A stretch of DNA of 32,000 nt from Horticoccus luteus. Its GTDB lineage: Bacteria > Verrucomicrobiota > Verrucomicrobiia > Opitutales > Opitutaceae. Numbering within the stretch: the first letter of the stretch is position 1; each line of letters starts with the position of its first letter. The stretch spans positions 1,200,001-1,232,000 of the forward strand of contig NZ_CP080507.1 of assembly GCF_019464535.1 (NCBI RefSeq). Reading direction: 5' to 3'. The notes beneath the pieces were generated by a model, which saw only the letters and a program-made list of their open reading frames with translations, made no database searches and was not told where the DNA came from. The translations under genes and the position numbers were made by a program. Below, piece by piece: positions 1 through 8,062 of this stretch.

Positions 1-1101
1 CCGCCAGGTATTTCGATGGGCCCAGCCGCGGCCCGCGGCGGCGAACTGCGCGCGCAATCCTTCGTCGTCGATCAAACGGGCGAACGCGGCGGTCAACGAA
101 AGCGAGTCGCCCGGGCGCACGAGAAAGCCGGTGACATCGGGCACGACCGCTTCGGGCACGCCGCCGATGGCATGTCCGACGATCGGGAGGCCATGGCCTG
201 CCGCTTCCAAGTAGACGAGGCCGAAGCCCTCGACGCTGTCGCCATGATCGACGCTGGTCAGCGCGAAGATGTCGGCCTGTCGATAGAGGTTTTCGAGTTC
301 GGCGTCCGGCACGCTGCCGAAAAAGCGCACGGTGAGGCCGCTTTGGGCGGCTTCGGCGCGCAGCAGGTTTTCATAACCGCGCTTACTTTGACCGCCGACG
401 ATCCAGTATTCCAAGCGGGCCCGGGTGGCGGGCGGCAGGGCGGCGAGGGCGCGCAGGGTGAGCAATTGCCCTTTTCGCGGATGCAGGCGGCCGACCGTGA
501 GCACCACGATATGACCGGATTCCCGCGCCGTCGGCACCGCGGCCGTGCGTTCGCTCGCCGACCGCAGGGCGCCCGGCGTGAGGCACGTTTTGTGGGCGGC
601 TTCAGGGAAGCGCGACACGAGCAACTCGCGGGTGTATCGGGAAAGCGTGCTGACGCGATCCGCCTGACGAATCAACCGCCGGGTGAGCCAGCGCGTGATG
701 GGTTTACGATGAAACTGCAGGATCTCGGAGCCGTGAAACGTCAACACGAGCCGATGAGGGCGGATGCCGCCGAAGAATTGCAGCGCCATCATGGCGAGCA
801 TCGGACCGGGCTCCGGGAGGAAGAGGATGCCGCGGCGCAGGCGCCTGCGGTGCCAGACCAGTTCCCATGCCAGGCGCGCCTGGCAGACAAAGTCTTGCGA
901 ACCTTTAAGGGACAATCGCCGCACGGGGAAAGGCCAGACCGGTTCACGTTCCGCGGGCGCCGCTTGCGCCCACACTTCAACGGAGCGCCCGGAGTCGGCT
1001 GCCGCGCGCGCCATTTCTTCCGCGAACGTGGCGATGCCGCCGCGCACGGGATGGAATTCGTGCGTGAGGAGGAAGATGGGCGGAAGCGCGTCGACAGGCA
1101 T
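1..1101 (-). CDS. Glycosyltransferase, GT-B fold, family 4 / Glycos_transf_1 type (C-terminus cut by the window edge)
   Basis: Absent from the ORF track because it runs off the left edge. The reverse frame is open from the ATG at 1101-1099: MPVDALPPIFLLTHEFHPVRGGIATFAEEMARAA...VGRLHPRKG...SVEGFGLVYLEAAGHGLPIVGHAIGGVPEAVVPDVTGFLVRPGD. This contains the typical E-x7-E region. The listed + ORF 16..1245 is its antisense shadow. Confidence 0.85.
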   Translation of the reverse strand, partial: MPVDALPPIFLLTHEFHPVRGGIATFAEEMARAAADSGRSVEVWAQAAPAEREPVWPFPVRRLSLKGSQDFVCQARLAWELVWHRRRLRRGILFLPEPGPMLAMMALQFFGGIRPHRLVLTFHGSEILQFHRKPITRWLTRRLIRQADRVSTLSRYTRELLVSRFPEAAHKTCLTPGALRSASERTAAVPTARESGHIVVLTVGRLHPRKGQLLTLRALAALPPATRARLEYWIVGGQSKRGYENLLRAEAAQSGLTVRFFGSVPDAELENLYRQADIFALTSVDHGDSVEGFGLVYLEAAGHGLPIVGHAIGGVPEAVVPDVTGFLVRPGDSLSLTAAFARLIDDEGLRAQFAAAGRGWAHRNTWR

Positions 1102-1289
1102 ACACGGACGGCGTCCTCTGGCGGATGGCGGACGCGACGAATCGGCGTTTGTGGGCGGTTAACCGGTTGGGGGCAAGCGCGACCCGCATCGATGGACTGG
1201 TGGGGAACTTCGTTCGCGGCGGTGGGACGAACCGGCGGAGTTTGAAATAGGGTTTGAAAGGTAGCCGTGCGACATACAAACAGACGCGA

Positions 1290-2279
1290 ATGGGAGATGT
1301 AGTCCAACCTATCACGGGCAGCAACAAGCCGTTCCCGACGCCTTTGGCGCCGCTGACGGCGGACGACGAAGCCGTGTTGCGGGAATCGCTGAAGCGGTGC
1401 TCACCGTCGGCGGTGGAAGCGGCAGTGCAGTTTCGTAAGACCGGTAATGCGGATCATCTTCCGAGTGTCATCATCGGTGTGATCGAACGCTTCGTGGAGC
1501 CGGACCTGCGGGCGAAACTCAAAACGCCGGACGATGACTTGCGGCTGATCGAGGACTTGGGGATCGATTCGCTGACGATGATGGAAATCGTTATCCTGGT
1601 GGAAGAAGTGCTTCATACGACGATCAACAACGATGAGTTGCGGAATCTGCGCACGGTGGGAGACGTGAAGACGTTCATCGACTGCAAGGTGAGGGGACTG
1701 CCGATGCCGAAGCCCACGAAATTTTTACCGATCGAGCACATCGGCGCTGTGATGCCGATTCAGCCACCCTTCCTGTTTTTGAACGAAGCGTCGGTCAGTT
1801 CGGTGGCGGCAAACGCCAAATATAAGATCACCGGCCAGGAGTTTTTTCTGCAGGGGCATTTCAAGGACAACCCGGTGATGCCGGCGTCGATCATGCTGGA
1901 AGCGCTGGGCCAGCTCGCGGTGCTGTATTTGCTCGAAGGCCATGTGCCCGAGCCGAACAAAGTCGTCAGTTCGGCGATGATCTTTTTCACCGGCTGCGAA
2001 GGCGTGCGGGCTCACCGGGTCTGTCGTCCGGGAGACCTTCTATCGCTGTCGGTGAAGCCGAAACGCATGAAGCTGCCTCTCGCGACGTTCGAGGGCGCGG
2101 TCCGAGTGGGAGCGGAAAAAGCGATCATCGCGGAGGAAATCACGCTCACATTTGGTTATGTGGATGCACCGGCTCAACCGGTGGTGCCGCCCGCGGCGGA
2201 GCCGACGGCGGCGGCAGGAACTGTGGAGCCCCCGGCGGAAATGCCGACGGCCCCCCAAAAAGTGGCGGCGAGCGCGTGA
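1290..2279 (+). CDS. Acyl carrier protein fused to a FabZ/FabA-type (hotdog) 3-hydroxyacyl-ACP dehydratase
   Basis: The track ORF 1254..2279 begins at TTG; the first ATG is at 1290 (MGDVVQ...). The ACP phosphopantetheine site is LIEDLGIDSLTMMEIV. The dehydratase motifs are PPFLFLNE and FFLQGHFKDNPVMPASIMLEALGQL (catalytic His and Glu). The C-terminus is a Pro/Ala-rich tail, APAQPVVPPAAEPTAAAGTVEPPAEMPTAPQ. Confidence 0.85.
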   Translation: MGDVVQPITGSNKPFPTPLAPLTADDEAVLRESLKRCSPSAVEAAVQFRKTGNADHLPSVIIGVIERFVEPDLRAKLKTPDDDLRLIEDLGIDSLTMMEIVILVEEVLHTTINNDELRNLRTVGDVKTFIDCKVRGLPMPKPTKFLPIEHIGAVMPIQPPFLFLNEASVSSVAANAKYKITGQEFFLQGHFKDNPVMPASIMLEALGQLAVLYLLEGHVPEPNKVVSSAMIFFTGCEGVRAHRVCRPGDLLSLSVKPKRMKLPLATFEGAVRVGAEKAIIAEEITLTFGYVDAPAQPVVPPAAEPTAAAGTVEPPAEMPTAPQKVAASA

Positions 2280-2365
2280 GGGGCGCCGATGCGGGTCTCA
2301 GGTTGACCGGCGCGCAGCGGTGGCTTTGATTGGCGGTTTCGGGTGCGCGTCGCACCCGCTTTTGT

Positions 2366-3631
2366 ATGGCTAGAGCCTTCGTCACCGGCCTCGGATTCAT
2401 CACCAGCATCGGCAACGACCGCGACACGGTGTCGCGGCATTTGCGCGAGTTGCAGCATGGATTCGAACGTTACGCGCCGTTCGAGAAGGACGGGATTGGC
2501 TGCAAGATTGTGGGCACGATCAAGGGTTTCACGACGGATTCCCCCGATCCGGAGGACTGGACGTGGCCGGAGCGCTACAAGATCAAACGTGAAACGTTGC
2601 GCTCAATGGCGCCGCACGGGCTGTATGCGCATTGCGCGATGGTGCAGGCGATCGAGGACGCGAAACTGGAGGAGGCGGACATCGCCAACGCGAAGACCGG
2701 GCTGTATGCGTCGTCGGGCGGATCCCCGTTTCTCACGCACTACCACCACGAACGCCTGCTCAAGCACGGCGTCATGCGTTGCTCGCCGATGGGCATCGTG
2801 TCGTCGATCGTCGGCACGCTGAATTTCAACTTGGTGGCGGCGTTCAAGATTCGCGGAGCATCGTGCGGATTTTCGTCGGCATGTGCGTCGTCCGCGCACG
2901 GTTTGGGTTTTGCGTATGATGAGATCGCGCTGGGGCGCCAGCAGCGGATGTTCGTGGTGGGCGCAGAAGACGGAAACACCGACGCCATTCTGCCGTTTGC
3001 GGGGATGCGCACGCTGTCGTTGCAAACGGATCCGGCGTTGGCGTCGCGGCCGTTCGATGCGGCGCGCGATGGATTTGTCGGCACCGGTGGAGCGACGGTT
3101 CTGGTGTTGGAAAGCGAAGCCGAAGTGGCCCGCCGCGGGGTGACGCCTTACTGCGAACTGCTCGGTTGGGGGCAGGCTTCGGATGGCTACAACGTTGCGA
3201 TTTCCCATCCCGATGGCGCGGGCATCGAAGCGGCGATGCGCCAGGCTTTGCAGGCGGCAGGCGTGGCACCGGAGAGTGTCGATTACGTCAACGCGCATGC
3301 GACTTCGACTTTGATTGGCGATATCTCGGAGGCGCGGGCGTTGAAGGCGGTATTTACGAAAGGAGGAGCGAAGGGGCCGGCAATCAGCAGCACGAAGGCG
3401 TTGACCGGCCACGGATTGTCGCTCGCGGGCGCGATGGAAACCGGTTTCACGGCGCTGGCGTTGCGCGAAGGTTTTATGCCGGGTTCGGCGCACATCAGTC
3501 ATCTGGATCCCGAATGCGAGGGACTCGCGATTTTGCGCGCGACGGAAATCCGGGTGCCACAGGTGGCGGTTAAAAACAGCAGCGGTTTCGGCGGAGCCAA
3601 CGTCGCCCTGGTGTTGAGGCGAGCGGGATAA
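2366..3631 (+). CDS. Beta-ketoacyl-ACP synthase, elongating KAS I/II (FabB/FabF-like) class
   Basis: The track start at 2330 is TTG; the ATG at 2366 gives MARAFVTGLGFITSIG. The Cys-His-His triad sits in the expected contexts: GFSSACASSAHGLG, YVNAHATSTLIGD and STKALTGHGLSLAGAME. The C-terminus is NSSGFGGANVALVL. Confidence 0.9.
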   Translation: MARAFVTGLGFITSIGNDRDTVSRHLRELQHGFERYAPFEKDGIGCKIVGTIKGFTTDSPDPEDWTWPERYKIKRETLRSMAPHGLYAHCAMVQAIEDAKLEEADIANAKTGLYASSGGSPFLTHYHHERLLKHGVMRCSPMGIVSSIVGTLNFNLVAAFKIRGASCGFSSACASSAHGLGFAYDEIALGRQQRMFVVGAEDGNTDAILPFAGMRTLSLQTDPALASRPFDAARDGFVGTGGATVLVLESEAEVARRGVTPYCELLGWGQASDGYNVAISHPDGAGIEAAMRQALQAAGVAPESVDYVNAHATSTLIGDISEARALKAVFTKGGAKGPAISSTKALTGHGLSLAGAMETGFTALALREGFMPGSAHISHLDPECEGLAILRATEIRVPQVAVKNSSGFGGANVALVLRRAG

Positions 3632-3635
3632 TCCT

Positions 3636-4460
3636 GTGGCGAAGCAACTCGCGACTCTCTACCGCACCGCCTTTGTCACCGGTGCGAGCACAGGTTTGGG
3701 ACGGGCGTTTGCGGATATGCTGCTGGCGGAAGGGGTGCGCGTGTGGGGCACGGCCCGGGCGGCGGAACGCTTGGCCCCCCTCGTCGGTGAGCGGTTCACG
3801 CCGGTCGTGCTTGATCTCAAAGATCGGGAGGGTGCGCTGGCGGCGTTTCGCGCGGCGGAGCGGGCAGCGGAGGGATTTGATCTCGTGATCAACAACGCCG
3901 GTTACGGGGCGTTTGCGGAATTCACCGCGGTGGATTTCGGCGTGTGGGAAGAGCAGTTGCGCGTGATGCTCGTCAACACCGCGGCGTTGGCGCACGCGGC
4001 GCTGCCGCCGATGATCGCGCGCGGCCGGGGAGCGCTGGTGAACATTTCGTCGCTCGCGGCCGAATTTCCGCTCCCGTTTCAGAGCGCTTACAACATCGCG
4101 AAGGCGGGGCTGAGCGCGCTGAACGAGAGCCTGATGCTCGAGTTGGCGCCGACAGGAGTCGTGGTGCTCGACGTGCGCCCGGGCGATTATCGCACGGATT
4201 TCGAGGGCTCGGTGCGGCGGCCGCAAAGTGAATTCACGCCGCGGATGGAACGGGCGTGGCGCGCGTTCGAGGCGTTGATGAGCAGCGGGCCGGGGCCGGC
4301 GCATGCCGCGGCGTCGTTGCGCCGCGCGTTGTGGCGGCGGCGCAGCGGGACGGTGCGAACGGGACGGTTCTCGCAAGCGGTGTTGGCGCCTTTTCTTGCA
4401 CGGTTTGGTTCGCTGGCGCTCAAACGGCGGCTGCAAGCGCGCTACTTTAACGTCCGCTAA
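3636..4460 (+). CDS. Classical short-chain dehydrogenase/reductase (candidate ketoreductase)
   Basis: GTG start 4 nt after the KS stop. Motifs seen: TGASTGLGRAF (TGxxxGxG), NNAGYG, NISSLAA and YNIAKAG (Ser-Tyr-Lys triad). Confidence 0.85.
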   Translation: MAKQLATLYRTAFVTGASTGLGRAFADMLLAEGVRVWGTARAAERLAPLVGERFTPVVLDLKDREGALAAFRAAERAAEGFDLVINNAGYGAFAEFTAVDFGVWEEQLRVMLVNTAALAHAALPPMIARGRGALVNISSLAAEFPLPFQSAYNIAKAGLSALNESLMLELAPTGVVVLDVRPGDYRTDFEGSVRRPQSEFTPRMERAWRAFEALMSSGPGPAHAAASLRRALWRRRSGTVRTGRFSQAVLAPFLARFGSLALKRRLQARYFNVR

Positions 4461-4462
4461 CG

Positions 4463-5677
4463 ATGGCCCGCCTGCGCATCCTCGTTCTCACGTCAAGCAC
4501 CGGCGGCGGTCATGACGCGCGGGCGGAGGCGTTTGCCGAGTGGTGTTTTCAACTTTACCGGCACGAGATCGATGTGCGCATCGAGCAGATGCTGGAGAAG
4601 TCGTCGGTCGTGAATCGCGCCGGCGTGAATTTCTACAACTGGATCCAGCAAAAGTCGCCGTGGGTGCACAAGGCGTTCTACACGGTCGTGGAAGGGCTGA
4701 GTTTCCTCAACAGTCGGAAGGTGACGTTTGGGCGCGGCTATTACGTGAAGGTGCTGCGGGAGTTTAAACCGCATCTGGTGTTGAGTGTGCACGATTGCCT
4801 GAATCGCGGGTATTTTCAGGAGGCGCGGGCGGTGTTGGGGCCGGCGCGGGTGCGGTGCGCGACGTATTGCGGCGAATTTTCGGGCGGCTGGGGTTACTCG
4901 CGCAACTGGGTCGAGCCTTCGGTGGACCTTTACATTTCGCGGACGGCGGCGGCGCGCGATTTCGCGGTGAAGATCGGCATGCCCGCGGCACGCACGGTGG
5001 TGCGCGGCTCGTTGCGGCTGCCGTCGTCGCACCTGGATCTCATCGCGCCGGAGGAACGCGGTCCGCAGCGAGCCAGGCAGCTCGGATTGCGGCCGGATTT
5101 ATTCACGGTGTTTCTCGCGACGGGCGGCAATGGTGCGAACAACCACTTCGACCTGTTGCCGGTGCTGGAGCGCCGGAGCGACCGTTGCCAGGCGATCGTC
5201 ATTTGCGGCAAAAACAAGGAGGTGTTCAACCGCGTGATCCAGTGGCGGGCGAACCACCCGGACTTTAACTGCCACGTCGAAGGCTACTCGGAGCAGGTGC
5301 CGCGTTTGATGCAGTTGAGCGACCTGATCGTGACGCGGGGCGGCACGACCACGTGCGCCAAAGCGCTGCATCTGGGGTGTCCGATCGTGTTCAACGCCTT
5401 TGGCGGCATCATGCCGCAGGAGCGGCTCACGTGGAAATATTTCAACAAGGGTGCCGGCTGTGTGAAGATCGAAAGCGCCGCGGACTTCGAGGTGCTGATG
5501 GACCGCTGGCTCGATGCTCCCGCGAGTTACGAGGAGGCGCGGGATGCATTTCAACGTCTGCGCTATCACGAGGATCCGACCGTCGTGATCGACGAGTTGG
5601 TGGAACTGGCGCGCGAAGCGGCGGGCGTAGGGCCACTGCGCCGCTGGGCCTTTCCGCCGCCGCCGGAGGAACGCTGA
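4463..5677 (+). CDS. MGDG-synthase / UgtP-like glycosyltransferase (GT28 family)
   Basis: ATG 2 nt after the SDR stop. Motifs seen: RILVLTSSTGGGHDARAEA, FLATGGNG, VICGKNKE, LSDLIVTRGGTTTCAKAL and MPQERLTWKYFNKGAG. They are collinear with B. subtilis UgtP as I recall it. Confidence 0.85.
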   Translation: MARLRILVLTSSTGGGHDARAEAFAEWCFQLYRHEIDVRIEQMLEKSSVVNRAGVNFYNWIQQKSPWVHKAFYTVVEGLSFLNSRKVTFGRGYYVKVLREFKPHLVLSVHDCLNRGYFQEARAVLGPARVRCATYCGEFSGGWGYSRNWVEPSVDLYISRTAAARDFAVKIGMPAARTVVRGSLRLPSSHLDLIAPEERGPQRARQLGLRPDLFTVFLATGGNGANNHFDLLPVLERRSDRCQAIVICGKNKEVFNRVIQWRANHPDFNCHVEGYSEQVPRLMQLSDLIVTRGGTTTCAKALHLGCPIVFNAFGGIMPQERLTWKYFNKGAGCVKIESAADFEVLMDRWLDAPASYEEARDAFQRLRYHEDPTVVIDELVELAREAAGVGPLRRWAFPPPPEER

Positions 5678-5684
5678 GCGCGGC

Positions 5685-6077
5685 TCAGGCGCGCTCGCGC
5701 ACGTAGAGCGGAATGCCGCCTTCGTGGCGACCGTCCACGGCGAGATCGACGGAATACTCCCCGACTTTTTCGAGCTTCAAGCCGCCGATGTTGACGACCA
5801 CTTGGATCGTCCCGCTGTGCACGTCGGGCGCAAACGTCACGGTGATCGGCATATCGATCGCCGGGATGACAGGGTGGCCGTCCGCATCCGACACGGAAAG
5901 GCGCAGGCGCTTCTGACCTTCTTCGATTTTTTCGAAGCGGAACTTCACCGCGACCGAACAATGCGGAAGCACCGCCGGCGTCTGCTTCGTCCACATCGTG
6001 TCGAAGATGCCGATGACGCTGAGTTTTCCGGCATAGTCGGCAGCGAAGTCACAGAGGGCGAACAGTTCGATTTTCAT
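5685..6077 (-). CDS. Hypothetical small protein (130 aa), function unknown
   Basis: Clean ATG ORF with a non-shadow composition: MKIELFALCDFAADYAGKLSVIGIFDTMW...VVVNIGGLKLEKVGEYSVDLAVDG. It looks beta-rich. It may belong to a DUF family, but I cannot verify this. Confidence 0.7.
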   Translation of the reverse strand: MKIELFALCDFAADYAGKLSVIGIFDTMWTKQTPAVLPHCSVAVKFRFEKIEEGQKRLRLSVSDADGHPVIPAIDMPITVTFAPDVHSGTIQVVVNIGGLKLEKVGEYSVDLAVDGRHEGGIPLYVRERA

Positions 6078-6145
6078 GTGCGTTCGTCTTCCCGCATTTT
6101 AGGGGACGCCGCAACACCTTCCGCGCAATGGCGGACGAAAAGGCC

Positions 6146-6694
6146 TCAATGGCAATCAACGTGGCGTTCGGTATAGCCGACCGAGATCGCCATGTGGCGC
6201 GCAGGATCTTCCAGCCGGAGGGCAATGCCGCCCGCGCGTTCGGAAAAACCACGTCCGCCGCCGACTTCGAGAAACACTGCGCCATGCAGCTCCCGCGCGG
6301 GCAGCTTTTCACTCACGCCTGAAGTCGAAGCGCGCGGCAATGAGTCGGTCAGCCGCGGAGTGGCGGCGGGAGCGGACTCGTGCATCGCGATCAAGGCGTC
6401 GAGGTTGACCAACTGCCCCGCGGTCAGGTGACCGAGCCCGGCGTGGCGGTATTCGTCAGCGGAGAGGCGTTGCGAAAACGTGGCGGCCGTGGCGCGTTGC
6501 GCGTCGGGTGCAGCCGAGTCGCGGCGCACGAGCGCGTCGAGGATGGCAACTTCGTCGGAATCGAGATGCGGGAGGCCGGCGGAGGTCCGGCTCTCGACCG
6601 ACAGGCTCTGTGAAAACCGGCGCGAGGGGTCGCTCTGCCCCCAAGCCGTGGCGGCGAGCGCGACACCGAGCAATCCGAGCACGATGGAATTCAC
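6146..6694 (-). CDS. Hypothetical secreted protein with an internal duplicated segment
   Basis: GTG start. N-terminal signal peptide NSIVLGLLGVALAATAWGQ. Two similar ~25-aa segments: AGLPHLDSDEVAILDALVRRDSAAP and AGLGHLTAGQLVNLDALIAMHESAP. Confidence 0.55.
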   Translation of the reverse strand: MNSIVLGLLGVALAATAWGQSDPSRRFSQSLSVESRTSAGLPHLDSDEVAILDALVRRDSAAPDAQRATAATFSQRLSADEYRHAGLGHLTAGQLVNLDALIAMHESAPAATPRLTDSLPRASTSGVSEKLPARELHGAVFLEVGGGRGFSERAGGIALRLEDPARHMAISVGYTERHVDCH

Positions 6695-6746
6695 GGAGTG
6701 AGAAGACGCCCGCGCTCATCCCGCGGTTCCATGATTCGCGCGCCCG

Positions 6747-7184
6747 TCACTCCTTCGGAATTTCGTTGTCGGTTTTGAGGACAATGACCGGGGTTTTGGT
6801 CTTCACCCACAGGTCGGCTTCCTTGAAGAACTTGGCCGGCACATTCTCGAGTGCTTCACCGACGGTTTTGGCGGGATAGAGGCGCCCTTTTTTCGAGGCG
6901 TTGTAATCGTAGGTCGCGCGGAGGAAGCGATCGGCGGTGGTGGCGGGACTTTCGGTTTCCGGGATCTGCAAGACCCAGCCGGCGAAGTCTTCTTTCGGGA
7001 AACGGCCTTCGGGGTCGGAAATAAGAATGACAAACTGCTTTTTGACCGCGGGCGGCTTCTCCTCGTCGCCGGGCTCGGGCTGGACCGCGAGGTTTATGTC
7101 TTCGATAACGCGACGCAGCAGCGAGGGATCGAGCTGATTCTTTTTGAGGATTTCCGCGACTTTGCTGACATCGATTTTCGGCAT
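6747..7184 (-). CDS. Hypothetical protein (145 aa)
   Basis: The track ORF 6747..7514 is over-extended into the divergent Nudix gene. The internal ATG at 7184 gives MPKIDVSKVAEILKKNQLDPSLLRRVIEDINL...VIVLKTDNEIPKE. The protein is Lys/Glu-rich and plausible. No recognisable family. Confidence 0.65.
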   Translation of the reverse strand: MPKIDVSKVAEILKKNQLDPSLLRRVIEDINLAVQPEPGDEEKPPAVKKQFVILISDPEGRFPKEDFAGWVLQIPETESPATTADRFLRATYDYNASKKGRLYPAKTVGEALENVPAKFFKEADLWVKTKTPVIVLKTDNEIPKE

Positions 7185-7244
7185 GGAGAAAAAGCGAGGC
7201 TTGGCGCACGAATCGAAGCGAACAATCACTAAAATGGCGCGCGA

Positions 7245-7751
7245 ATGAACGAAGAATATTTCGACGTAGTGGATGAGTCTGACCGGCCGCTTCGTCGGGC
7301 GACGCGCCGTGAAGTGCATGCGCAGGGTTGGCGGCACCGGGCGGTGCATGTGCTGGCGTTTAACGAGCGGGGCGAGGTTTTCCTGCAGAAACGTTCGCAG
7401 CGGAAAGACGTGTCGCCGGGACTGTGGACGGTTTCGTGTTCCGGGCACGTGGACGCCGGCGAGGATTACGACACCGCCGTCTGCCGGGAGCTGGGCGAGG
7501 AGCTCGGCTGGCACGTTGTCTCAGCGCCGCCCAAGTGGCTGCGGATGGAACCGCGGCTCGCCACGGGCTGGGAGTTTTCGTGGATTTACCGGCTGCGGGC
7601 CGATGGGCCGTTCACGTTGAACGAGAACGAAATCGACCGCGGCGAATGGCTGACGAGGGAAGAGATCTCGCGGCGAGTGGTGAGTCGGGCGGGGGAATTT
7701 TGTCCCGGCTTTCGCTGGCTTTGGGCGCTGGTCGCCCCGCGTTGGGATTAG
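7245..7751 (+). CDS. Nudix hydrolase, YfcD/IDI-like subgroup
   Basis: Nudix box GHVDAGEDYDTAVCRELGEELG. Overall collinear with E. coli YfcD as I recall it (VD.V.E....RHRA...L....G..LQKR...KD..PG...GPF.L.E.E...WLT.EEI). Confidence 0.85.
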   Translation: MNEEYFDVVDESDRPLRRATRREVHAQGWRHRAVHVLAFNERGEVFLQKRSQRKDVSPGLWTVSCSGHVDAGEDYDTAVCRELGEELGWHVVSAPPKWLRMEPRLATGWEFSWIYRLRADGPFTLNENEIDRGEWLTREEISRRVVSRAGEFCPGFRWLWALVAPRWD

Positions 7752-8041
7752 AGAATGGGCGAGGGCCGGCAACGACGGCCGGAGATGTGGCCGGAGCCGG
7801 TGTTCTCGCTCAACCGTTTGATTTCTTCGAACTGCTTTTTGCTGATGAGGCGGCGCGGGACGCGTTTGTTCGCTTCGTAAACGAGGCGTTCGCGGTCGGC
7901 GTCATCCGGCACATGAGGTTCCCACGAGGAGTGGTGGCCTTGATGCTTCGTCCATTCGATGTTGCCGCCATGGACGACAGCGTGGACCTGATATTTGCCG
8001 GTCTCGGGATCCTTGTTCCACCAGCCAAACTCGATGCTCAT
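7748..8041 (-). CDS. Hypothetical protein (97 aa)
   Basis: ATG ORF 21 nt downstream of the metallophosphoesterase gene on the same strand. The codons I read have high GC3. Sequence MSIEFGWWNKDPETGKYQVHAVVHGGNIEWTKHQGHH... matches no family I recognise. Confidence 0.55.
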   Translation of the reverse strand: MSIEFGWWNKDPETGKYQVHAVVHGGNIEWTKHQGHHSSWEPHVPDDADRERLVYEANKRVPRRLISKKQFEEIKRLSENTGSGHISGRRCRPSPIL

Positions 8042-8062
8042 GCGCGGGACTGTCGCGGCCGT

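Noticed and set aside
16-1245. 409-aa + strand ORF
   Set aside because: Its composition is the Gly/Arg/Ala/Asp-rich pattern typical of antisense frames in high-GC DNA. The opposite strand encodes a clear GT4 glycosyltransferase with an EGFGLVYLEAAGHGLPIVG motif.
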